Of a stretch of 64,000 nt of DNA, positions 38,613 through 50,010 are shown piece after piece; position 1 is the stretch's first letter; each line of letters begins with the position of its first letter. Origin of the DNA: Lama guanicoe (Eukaryota); assembly GCA_013239625.1 (NCBI GenBank), contig MU054391.1, positions 2,819,130-2,883,129 of the forward strand, given 5' to 3'. A program made the translations under genes and the position numbers. The notes below the pieces were generated by a model. The model was given only the letters and a program-made list of their open reading frames with translations. It searched no databases and had not been told where the DNA came from.

Positions 38613-39879
38613 TCGGCTCTTAAATTTTAAATTAAATTATTCCTAAATTTGATATCTACCTTTGAAACATTGCTGTAAGAGTTAAATGACGTGCTATGTG
38701 TGGAGCACTCAGTAGGTTCCTATGTATCTAGATCAGGTTTGAGGGGTGATTATAAATGTCTCTTGTTAAACATCTATAATTAGAGTCTTGATTGTTAATT
38801 ATATTAATTATCCTGATAGGAACAGCTGGGGAAACGATCACAACACTCATCCAGAACATGGCTCTGGGTCACGGTGCAGTTGGCGCGTGTGGGGGCCCTT
38901 CGGCGTGGCGTGTGTGATCACAGCCATCCTCCCCGTCATGACGCACGCTGCCTCTTGGCCTGAAAGAGAGCAAAGGGGACTGAGACCGTGCCTCCTGGGA
39001 ACCTGTGGAGGTGGCTTCCTGGGAAGATCGCTTTGTGTAAGGACGCCCACACGATAGGATGAACCCTGGGACAGTTTCTTCAAGGCATTCCAGGATTCTG
39101 GAAATTGAATCCCCAAGTGTGCATAGCCGTGATGGGGGATGTCTTTTCAATGTGAACCTTGACAACTTTAAGACCATATTACATATATGGCATAAAATCG
39201 TCTCATTCTCTCTGACCAATGGATAAAGAATAGTCTAGCTGGCATACAGGAGGAATTAAAAATGAATTAGCTGACCCTCCTATGGCGCCGGAGACGTGAC
39301 AGGCGTTGTTCTAACACACACAGCTTTACAGTTTATATGTTTTGCTGAACTTGACAGCAGCAGGAGGAGGGAGATGCTGTTATTCCCATGTTACAGGTAA
39401 GAGTAAATGAGGCACTGCTTACGGAACTGACCTGTGGTCCAGGGTCCCACGGAGAATAAGACATCTTGCTAGTCTCCTTCCTCTGTATCTTTCACCCCAA
39501 GACTGGATCTGGAAAATCACTCACTGAGGGACCGAACATGGTGAGGAACATAGCTGTCCCTTTGAGCCTGAGGTGCCTTATGGCATCCTAGTGAACTCAG
39601 CTAGTGGGAGGTGGGTGCTATTGTCTTGAGTGTCATGGAGAAGAGATACCAGAACCAAGCCTGGAGGCAGATTTGTTGAGCCATCAGGATAGCGGAGACG
39701 CATACGAAAAGACAAGAGGGGTGCAAATGGAAACTGATGGGAACCTACAAAAGTATCCCCAAGGTCTGAGAATAGAAGAGTTGCAAAGGGAGACAGAATG
39801 AATTAATTGAAGTGCACACACAGAGCTGAGATGCAGCAGCAGTCATTTATGCATCTATAAAATCACACATTCTAAGTGC

Positions 39880-40420
39880 CTAATCTTAAAGTTTGAAAGG
39901 CAAAACTTGGTGTATTTTTTCCCCCTGCTAAATCTAGGAGAATGCTTTTATGACCACTGGGATATGGAAGTCTTTCCTAAACAAGACTTTAAAAATGCAA
40001 TCTCAAAATGAAAAAAAGAATGGTAAGTGTGGCTATATATACTAAAACTGAGAAAAATATCGCAAACAAAATTCAAAGACAGGCCACAGACAGAGTACAG
40101 GCATGTGCAACTCACAAAGCATGGGGGAAATTCATAACCAGAATATATGTAGCATTACAATCTAATTAGATAAACAATCCAATAAAAGCCAAAATAGATA
40201 CACAACCAAAATAGAAAAATACAAATGGGGGCAGAAACTTGAATATCTAAAAGGTACAGGGAAACTTTCTGCCTCATGGGAAGTCAAAATGTAAAATTCA
40301 ACAACGGGATACCATATCAAACTGTCAAACTGGCCAAAAATGTGGATGATCAGTGAGAACTCTCATGTATTACTGCTGGGAAGGTAAATTGGTACAGCTA
40401 ACGTGGAGAATAATTTCCAG
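39880..40420 (+). mobile_element. Old L1 (L1ME-like) ORF2 3' fragment
   Basis: A-rich; ggagaatgcttttatgacc, gaactctcatgtattactgctgggaaggtaaattggtacagc. Confidence 0.6.
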
Positions 40421-43231
40421 CAAGACAAAAACACACAACGCAGAGGCAGGGCGTTATTACTGAATTTTGAGGAGGAGAAAACCAGTGGCAGTGTGGACAG
40501 GAGTTCCCTGTGGTGATGTCTATCATCCTCGAAACCAACAGAAGACCGTATTGAGGGCACAAGGGTCAGGGATGAAGTTATTGTCACAAGAAGTCTTGAA
40601 ACTGGCACAGCCCCTTTAGAGACTGTGAAACTAACAAGAGATCGGTTTAAGGCTGGCTGAAGCCACCCGAGGCCACACTGAGTCTGGAAGTTTAAAAGTC
40701 CATCGTGGGGCTCACCAGCACATCTGTGTGGTTTCTGTTAGCAGGTCTGGCAGCGGGGGAGCAAGGCTGGTTTGATCTAAAGACGGAGGATGGGCCTTGG
40801 GCGGAAGGGAGAACCATGGGTCCTCTCCCTTAGATGTGATTATCCTGCTGGGTGGTAAATGTCCAGATGTGCGGGCCGATAATGAAACTGTTCAGCCTTT
40901 TCTCAGAGTCCAGCCGCATGCCGGGGCTCAATGATCTTGCATGGTAGCTGGTGGGGACCGGCTAGGCTGTGCCCTGAGTTGCCTCTTCGGTTTATCCTTG
41001 GGGACGCTGGCCTCTGCTTTTTCTAATCTGTTCCAGTTTTCCCATTGTACTGGATTCCAAGCTGGCAGGCTGGCTGTGCTGTGGGAACAACCGGCACAGC
41101 TTGGCTGGTATCCTTCCTCTTCCTGCTTCCCCGTGACTTGTGAGGATACTTTCGCAGAATCGCTGAGTCGGGGCTGCAGATGGAGGGAGCTATGAGAGGA
41201 CGCGGATCACTTTCACGGGCTTGGAAACTGAATGACAGCATCACTGATAGCTGCAAGCTTCAATTTCAGGCAAATGTCTAGGATTTAAAAAAAAACAGAA
41301 ACAAAACTGGACAGAGCTCTGCTAGAGAAAGAAGAGGGTCAGAAAAGGAAAGATGGATTCATTATAATTTTTCATAACAAGGGAGACAAAGTATCCCAAA
41401 CGACCATCAAAGCCAGTGTCTACTTGTCCCTTTGAAGTTTATGGATCCTTGAAGCATCCTTTTGTCTGATTTGAAACTTAACTATTCTATGCATCATTAC
41501 TGTCGTGGTTCTTATTTGACTAAGTCCCAGTCAAGCAATCACACCTGGGGGCAGCCGAAGGCCCTAAGTCTCAGAAATGATATGCTTCATTATGGGGTAA
41601 AGACCCATCTTTAGGCTCAAGTCCAGGTTCTTCTACCACCGCCTCAGAAAAATCAAGTCCCACCAATTTGGACTTTATATCCACAGGCATTTATTGAGCT
41701 CCCACAATGCATGAGACACGGTCTGATCTGTGTTGTGACAGCAGCCTCGCTGACTTCCTCTGGCTTTTCTGGAATAGTTCTTCCTGGAACAAGGCAGCAA
41801 TGGTCCATCCTTTCAAAATGCTCTGAGACCCATGACCTGCACTGGGAAGCCAGGCCTGCTCAAACACAAATCAAATATCTCATATGGCTTTACTGAAATT
41901 CTGAAAAGGAAAACTGATGAATCCCAAATTAGGTCCTCTGCCTTCATCAGTGAGGGGCATCTGAACCAATTGTCTTGCCGAAACACAATACAGCTCTCTT
42001 GCATGGATTGTTTTCAAAAGCTCATAACATTAAGAAACTCATTTGCTATTTTATCAAGACCCCTATGGAGTCAGTTTTTACAAAGCACTGGAATAGTTTT
42101 ACTTCTCATGAGAAATGTTAGACTAAATTTTTAATAAATAGCTTTTATTATCACAGTGGATATTTATACTACGTTTGTGTTGGTGTCTTTATGCCTGTAA
42201 ATTGTGCATCTGATTGGCGAGGTTGAAATAAAACCATTATTCTCCACGGATTATAGTTATTTTCTCATAAGCCTAATTCTATAAAAGCACGGATCTGAAC
42301 GTTATTGGACTGATTAACTGGCAGTTCTTTCAAAAGTCGGGCTTGATTTATTTAGAGTTGTACGAATCCCATCCATTTTTATACTTGCCTTTCTAAAATT
42401 GTTTTAACACTTTCTTGGTGTCTCTTTAACCTAACTGTAAACTTTATATATATTTTATTGTCTTGATATATGCAGCATGTTTACACCTAAGATGTGTACC
42501 TCGTTTCTTACTCCATCAAAGAGAAAATGTCATAATTTTTTACGAGGAGACGTTATATCTAGAAAGAAGACTCCGTCCCTAACCCTTATCATGCAGACAG
42601 ACGCAGGTGTTCAGGGACACTTCTCAGAGCCAAAGCACCAACTAGCAACACGGCTAACGTGGATCCTGAAACACTAAGCTCTTGGTCTGGTGGTCTTCCC
42701 ACAACACTCACGGGAAACTGTTTACAATTTAAACACGCTTTCTTTGAACACAGAGTCTTAAACCTGCTCTATTTGGTGATTATCATAGGCTGTTCCCTCA
42801 AAATTCAAATGTTTTAAAACATAAAGTGCTGCATTGGCCATAAACACCTACAACCTACAGCAGGTGCAAGTCACTTTAAAGTGTCTAGCCTCTAAGTGAC
42901 AAAGGAACTATGCCCTTCATATGAAAGTAAAATCTGTCTTTCTCCTGAAAAGAGCAAGAATGAAATGAGAGAAAAAGAGATGTGTGGGAGTAAAGTATGT
43001 GTGCACAGAGTTACATATTTGCACATTTATGTCAGAGAAAGAAAAATGTTGTGAAACTGGCCTTGGCACAACGGAACAGTAATTATTTTGTAAAGACACC
43101 ATTATCACGTAGCTCAGCTACTGCTGTATTCCGAAACCACTCACCCCCCATGCTCTCACTGACTAGAGAACGTCTCGTTTCTCTCTCTAAAAACAGAGGC
43201 TTAAGAATGTAATTGTTGGTAATACACAAAA

Positions 43232-43612
43232 GGTGGTACATACACACGGAAGCCTGTGATTCAGCCTTAAGGAGGGAAATTCCAACACAGGCTATGACAT
43301 GGATGAAACTTGAGGATCACAAAAGGACCCATGATATGATTCCACTTATGAGATACTTAGAGGGGTCGACTTCATAAAGACAGAAAGCAGAATGCTGGTT
43401 GCCAGGGCCTGGGTGAAGACAGAAAAGGGGAGTTATTTTTTAATGGATATAGTTTTATTTTTGCAAGATAAGAAGACTTCTGTGGATGGACAGTGGTGAT
43501 GGTTGCACAACATTGTGAAAATACGTCATGCTACTTAACTGTACACTTAGCAGTGGTTAAGATGGTAAAGTATGTTATGCGGATTTTATTGCAATTCAAA
43601 AAACAGAAAAAA
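43232..43612 (+). mobile_element. L1MB-type 3' end
   Basis: gacatggatgaaacttgagga, tatgattccacttatgag, agacagaaagcagaatgctggttgccaggg, ggtgatggttgcacaacattgtgaa, A-tail. Confidence 0.85.
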
Positions 43613-44029
43613 ATTCCTTGTTAGTATTTAAAGAAAAGTAAAATAAAAATAAATTTTAAAAAAATGTAAACTGGTATCTACAGGCTGGGCATAAGCTTAT
43701 GAGAAGGAGTCCCTGTTAAAGTAAACAAAGCAACAGTCAGTGAACGTTTCATGGTCTGAAATTTAACACCAGTGTAATAAACTTCACAAAATGCCCCCTT
43801 TTCAGCCACTCAATCAGTTGCTCACAAAAACCTACCCTAGATCAGAAGAGAAGGATGTTAGGACCCCGGTGTGGCCCAGCTGGGTAACAGCGCACGTGCT
43901 GTCAGACACGCAGCATCCTGCACTGCGGGACAGAACGTTCTCCTGGCCCTTCATGGTAGGGAGGCACTTATTTGGCTTCTGTGTCTTGGAGGAGATGGAG
44001 GCTGGGAGACGTGAAGTGCCTTCCCCAAA

Positions 44030-44690
44030 GTCGCTGACGGCAGAGAAAACAGCGCAGCTCTGCACAACTCACTTGCACACACCGCCCCTAGACAGGGCGC
44101 ATGCGCTGCTCCGTGTCGCAGGAATGACTGTCAGCAGGCGTCACGGGGAGAGGGGGCTGTTTCTGAAGCGCAGTCTCCGCCTCTTCGCGCTGACGGCGCC
44201 TGGGGCCGCCCACGCCCCCACGAGCGAGCCGCCTCCTCACTTCCTGCGCCTGCACCTGTGCCGGCCCCTCCGCGCGACACCTGGACACACGCCGGGCTGC
44301 CGGGGGGCGGGCCTGGGGGCCGAGCCGAGCGGGGGCCGCTGGCATCACGGCCACGCCCCGCAGTTGCCGCGGGGGCGGCGGTGGCACGCGGGGTATGCGG
44401 CCGACAGCTGCCGCGGGGAATTCTTGGGCCGTGACCACCCAGCCCCGGCCAGCTGTCCCGCCCCGTGCCCCCGGGGAGGCAGGGTCGCGGGGCGAGGGTG
44501 CGGATGTTGCCATGGGGCGTCACCGCTGCAGAGGTTAAGCGTCAGTCAGGCTGAGGATGGCCGCAGAGGAAATGACACTTTCCGAAGTGTCTCTTTTACA
44601 GACTGGAGCGACTGCGAGTGTCCCTGTACGCGCGGCTGACTCAGCCTCCAGGTCCCAGGGAAGTGCTTCCGAGTCACTCCGGGGACGCTT
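44030..44690. promoter_or_regulatory. CpG island with promoter-type motifs
   Basis: Very high GC and CpG density; NRF1 GCGCATGCGC 44097-44106; SP/KLF CCACGCCCC at 44210 and 44351; ETS CACTTCCTG 44238-44246; RFX-like GTTGCCATGG at about 44506; palindromic AP-1/MARE-like GGCTGACTCAGCC 44634-44646. Confidence 0.8.
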
Positions 44691-44746
44691 TTGAAAGTAT
44701 TACCAAACTCATGGTTCACGCCCTGGTGATGTTTTGTAATCCAGTT

Positions 44747-45269
44747 TATTGCCGAGTCCAAACTCGTTCTGCTCGCTGCAAGACAGGCCAATAAATCGGG
44801 AGATGAGGTGTTGCGGCAAGGAAAAGCGACCTTACTCGGAAAGCCGGCAGGCCAAGAGGGCGGCAGACGAATGTCTTGGAGAATCATCCTGCTCCAGTCA
44901 GAATACAGGCTCTTTTTACACAAAAAACAGGGGACGGGGTGTGGCTGGTGGTTGCAAATTTCCTGCTGCAAGAATTCTTTGTCCTTGCAGCCATCCATGT
45001 GGGCCAGGCCATGGTGTCCCTGTAAACCTCCAACAAAACAAAGGTTATTCTCTGTTTTGCAACTTGCCGTCTCCACTAAGTGCAGAAGCGCTGACATCCT
45101 TGGAGGTCAGCGCGCGGGGAAGAGGCGCTCCTGTAGACTTCAGGCTAAAGGCAACATTGTTTTTCTATAGGTGCAGCGCTGGCAAGGCTGCGCCAGGAAA
45201 ACAGGGCACAGTGGTCAGAACTAAAGGAGCAGATCCAATATGCAGTCAGATGTGTTCTCCTTTGTTACA
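44747..45269 (-). mobile_element. ERV1-class solo LTR (different family from 21945-22401)
   Basis: Starts tattgccgagtccaaactcgttctgctcgctgc...caggccaataaatcgggagatgaggtgttg and ends ttgttaca; resembles laurasiatherian ERV1 LTRs in antisense. Confidence 0.75.
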
Positions 45270-46789
45270 AATCCAGGGACGAGGGGTTTCACATAAAGAG
45301 TCAGAGACTGAGGAGGCGACATGTGCCCCCCCACCCAGTACGCAGCACAGCCCACTCCTGTCTCCATATTCTCATTTACCCTTAAAATGGAGCAGTGTAC
45401 AGTTTAAGCCAAAAAATTTCTATCATGGAAATAAACGGGGCCTTTTCTCCTTTTCTTGATAAACCTTGTTAAGATGTTTGCAACCCCTTCACATCAAAGC
45501 AAGACACCTTTGATTAGCAAGACCCATGTTTGCTGACTGCACCCTTCAACGGTGTCTGCACTGTCGGGCTCTTCTCATGAGCGGGGCAAGCCAAATCTTC
45601 TTTTTTCCATTTTGTAAAAGTGTGTCAAATTCCCCAGCTACTTGCAGGGGGAAGTAGTTTGAAAAGCTGACTTTCTGGTGCCCGACTCCAGACCTGCTTC
45701 TCCCTTCCGCAAGGGACTGACTTTTCTCTCCGTCAGACTTGGGTGCAGAGCGCCTGATGGACCCCCTGTCCTGGACACAAACGCTCCCCCAGGCCACACC
45801 GGGTAGCATCCTCCGCTTCCGTCTGAACTCAGACACCACGTGCGTTTCACAGCTGCCGCCCTCCGGGGGAACTCATTCATATAGAACACTCTGGGCCGTT
45901 ACTACTTTTCCCCTCTACGTATGAAACAAATTCCCTGGAAACATAATTATCTTCAGTAGTTGAAATTGTCTGTTTTTCTTACTTTGATTAATTTACCAAC
46001 CAGTCAGGCAAGAAGAAGAAAGTAAAAAGCAAGTAATAAAAGGTCATGAGCAGAGAAATAAGGGGTCGTGGCTGAAGGAAGGAGCAGGGACGCTGGGCTT
46101 CTGCTGTAGCAGGAACCTCTGGAGCAACCTCAGTCTCAGGACAGACCGCGGCTCAGATCACGGCTTCAGCTGGTGTGAAAGGTGCCGCCGTGTTCTCACA
46201 CCTGCGTTTCCCTCCTATTCTAATGATTGGAGACAAGTTCAAACCGTCTCTACAGATACTCCTGAAGGCGGTGACATCGGAGGTGACTGGTAAAAGGATG
46301 AGCAGGATTCTTCCAGGCAAACAAAAGGGAAGGAACATTTCAGAGAGAGGGAGGGGAGCTTGTGCACCACCAGGAAGCACATCCATGGATACGAGTGGAT
46401 GCACAGGTGGGAGGGGGTCCTGCCGCCCGGAAGGGAGCAGGTGGACTGCATGGTCCGTGGCTGCGCTGCAGATGGTGAGCTCTGTTCTGCTGGCCGGGGG
46501 AAGCCAGAGGGTGCAGAGGGGTGCTTCCTATGTTCTGTGGGGACAGATTAGAAAGGGGACTGACTCTGGGCAAGAGCGTACTTCACCTTCAAGGAGAGAA
46601 GACTGAAAATCTGTTGGAAGGGGTGGAAAGGAGAGGAGGGCAGTTCGAAGGCTGGTCAGGAAAGGGCGTGCACACATCCCAGAGCTGAGAGATCGCCTGG
46701 TTTCCAACTGACCAGGTGACTGACTTACCTGTGTTGCCATTAAATGAAGTAGAACCTTCTGCTGGTCTAGAAAGAAGGAAAAGTCAGCA

Positions 46790-48100
46790 CGGACGTTCCT
46801 CGTTTTATGAGGCTTCGCTTTATTGATTTGAGTTTATTGCTTTTCCAGGACATTTTGTTTTGTCACAAATTGAAGGTTTGCAGCAACTCTGCATGGGGCG
46901 AGCCTGTGGACATCGTTTTTCCAACAGCATTTGCTCACTTCTTGTCCTTGTGTCTCATTTTGGTAATTCTAACAATATTTCATGCTTTTTCATTATTATT
47001 AAATAAGTTGCGGTGATCTGTGATCGGCGACCTTTGATATTACTATTGTAAGCATTTCAGGGCACCACAAAGCACACACGCAGAAGGTGGCAAACTTAAT
47101 CCGTAAATGTTGTGCGTGTTCTGACTGCTCCACGACCAGTCGTTCCCAGTCTCTCTCAAGTCCCTCTCCTTGGGCCCTCCTGTCCCCTGAGACACAGAAA
47201 TACTGACATTAGGCCAGTTAGTAACCCTACAATGGCTTCCAAGTGTTCTGCTGAGAAGAAGAGCCACAAGTCGCTCACTTTGAGTCAGAAGTCAGAAAGG
47301 GCCGGGCTTAGTGAGAGAGGTGCGCCAAAGCCGAGGCAGGCCGAAGGTGAGGCCTCTTGTGCCAGAGAGCCAAGCTGCAAACGCAGAGGAAGCCTTCTTG
47401 ACGGAAATTAAAAGCGCTGCTCCAGTGAACACGTGGGAGACAAGAAAGCAGAACTGCCTTGTTGCTGACGTGGAGCAAGTCTGAGTGCTCGGGACAGCAG
47501 ATGAAACCAGCCTCCACCTTCCCTCCAGTCAAAGCCTCGTCCAGAGCCAGGTCCTAACTCCCTTCAGTTCTGTGGAGGCTGAGAGAGGCGAGGAAGCTGC
47601 AGAAGAGGAGTGTGAAGCCGACAGAGGTTGGTTACTGAGGTTGAAGGAAAGAAGCCGTTTCTGTAACATCAAAGTGCAAAATGGAGCGGCAAGCGCTGAT
47701 TTGGAAGCTGCAGCGAGCTCTCCAGAAGATCCTGCTAAGATCGCTCGTAAAGGTGACGACAGGAAAGGACAGATTTTCACCGTAGATGAAACAGCCTTCT
47801 GTTGGAAGAAGAGGCCATCTAGGACTTTCATACCATAGCGGGAGAGGAGAAGTCAACGTCTGGCTCCAAAGCTTCAATGGACAGGCCGACTCTCTTGTTA
47901 GGGGCTAAGGCAGCTGGTGACTTGAAGTTGAAGCCAGGGCTCACTTACCATCTGAAGATCCAGGGCCCTTAAGAATGGTTCTTACTCTGCCTGTGTTCTC
48001 TAAAAGGAACAACAAAGCCTGCATGAGAGCACATCTGTTTACAATATGGTTTGCTGAATAGTTTAAGCCCATTCTCGAGACCAACTGCTCAGGAAAATAA
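46790..48100 (+). mobile_element. Tigger1 DNA transposon, 5' ~1.3 kb with a disrupted transposase
   Basis: TIR-like cggacgttcctcgttttat; ATG 47232 MASKCSAEKKSHKSLTLSQK; AERGEEAAEE..RGWLLRLKERS..IFTVDETAFCWKKRPSRTFI; frameshifts; 3' half absent. Confidence 0.95.
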
Positions 48101-49149
48101 AAAAGAGAGAGAGAGATCTGGAGGACGTGTCATTGGTGGGGAGATGGGGCACGCCTGTCTTCAAAGCAAAGTGCTCTGGGGCTGGTGGGGAAGAGAGGGT
48201 GTCAGGGGGAGGGACCTGGCCCAGCGTGCATCACTGGGAGCTCAGCTGCTCTGAATGGCTTTTGTGCCCTCAGTTACCACCTGTGTTACTGCTGGCCTAT
48301 TTTATTTTTCAACTCTGATAGAAATAATGATCCTTTTTTTTCCTGAATGTTAAAAGTTTTATCATCTCATTTACTAAGACTCATTGGGAAATAATACGTT
48401 ACATAATGTAATTTTTCTAATAAATAAAGCTTATTCTTCTACATTCCAAGAGTTTCAGTCCAAATCATACCTTTTTTTCCTCTATATTTTATTACATTGT
48501 TTGCTTCCCTCTTCAATCTAGCATATTGTGGTACTTTCAGTGAAAACTAAAGGGCCTCATTATGAGCATGCATCGTTGAACTGAACACTTTTACAGTGAA
48601 TTTCCCAGGAGGGAGGCCTGGATGATTGCTCACTAGTATCCTGAATGATTCTAGAAGACCCTGCATTTATTAAACTCATTGATAACTTTACTTATTGATG
48701 GCCTTATTCATTAATCATTTAACTGGAATCTTTTGAGTTGCTTCTGCATCCGTGAGCAAGACAAAATCCCCTGCACTAGTCGGGCCCACGGTCCTCTGTC
48801 TTTACGCCATGGCTCCCCCGACGCTGGTTTTATGTAACAGTCGGGAACTCTGTGGCTGGGTCTTGATGGTTATCAGCAAAGAAAGCTTCTAAATGGTGGC
48901 GAGAGTATCGCTAAGCCTGGGGTGGCCGTGTGAAGGGATGAGCCAGAGAAAAGTGGGACCTTTTGGTGACTGAGACAACAGGAACTATAATTATAGACCG
49001 GCTTTGTTCTGTAAAATGGGGACAATTATTCAAAATTGCATTCGATCTAAAGTGCCACTGAAGAAGCAATGCACTAAAAAGTTCTAGTGCATTAAAGAGC
49101 ACTAATACAGAATAATACTGAAATTAAATCATGCCTATTAACTACACAG

Positions 49150-50010
49150 TCTACCACTTTATCTTCTTTTACTTTGAACACAGATCTTTATATTTTAAGT
49201 GGATTTCTGGTAGACAACATATAGACAGATCTTGCTTTTGTCCAATCTGCCAAAATTTCTACTTTTAACCTGGGAGTTTAATGAAATTGACTGTAATTAT
49301 CAATACAATTGAGATCAGCTCTACCATCTTTTTGTTTTCAATTCATGTAATATTTTTTCTTCCTTTTTCCCCACTTTTTCTGCATTGAGTGTTTTTTTAA
49401 TGATTCAATTTTTTTAATCTCTACTATTTGCTTATTAGCCATGCCTCTTTGCTTTAATTTTTAGTAGTTGCTCTAGTGTTTACAATTACATCTTTAACTT
49501 ACCACATTTTAGTGTAGAGTGTAAAAAAATTACAGCAATGTACTTTCATTTTCCCCTCCTGTCCTTTGCACTATTATTGTCACATATTTTACTACAAATA
49601 CATACATTACAAATCTCACAATATATTGTCAATTATCTTTTAAGGAGACATAACAATTAAGAAAAAAATTTTTCCCACTTATTTTTAGTGCTCTTCATTT
49701 CCTGTTTTATAGATCAAAGTTCCCTTCTGGTATCATCTTCCTTTTACTAAAGCAATTTCCTTTCACATTTTTGTAGAGCAAGTGAGGTGATAAAGAATTT
49801 GCTTCAGAAAAAAAAAAAGAATTTGCTTCAGCATTTGTTTGTCTGGAAAAGGCTTTAATTTCCCTTCATTTTCACTGGAGGAAGAATTAGAGGTTTGAGA
49901 AAATCGGGGGGAGGTTAGTACTTTGGAGGTGTTTCTTTGTTACGTGGCTTCTGATGAGAACTCTGTGGTCTTCTTTTTTTCTTTGCATGTAATGTTTTCT
50001 TTTACATTTT
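49150..50010 (-). mobile_element. Old L1 (L1MC/MD-like) fragment
   Basis: ttttaagtggatttctggtagacaacatatag, atttgtttgtctggaaaaggctttaatttcccttcattttc, ttctgatgagaa; T-rich. Confidence 0.7.
49792..49831 (+). mobile_element. Poly(A)-only retrotransposition scar with a 16-bp TSD
   Basis: aaagaatttgcttcag (49792-49807) + about 8 A + aaagaatttgcttcag (49816-49831). Confidence 0.7.

Noticed and set aside
43791..45459. 282-aa and 236-aa ORFs
   Set aside because: Stop-poor frames across the CpG island and an LTR; the island ORF is Arg/Pro/Gly-rich and neither resembles a protein family I recognise.
47232..48100. Functional Tigger transposase or TIGD1-like gene
   Set aside because: Multiple frameshifts and stops; 3' half of the element missing.
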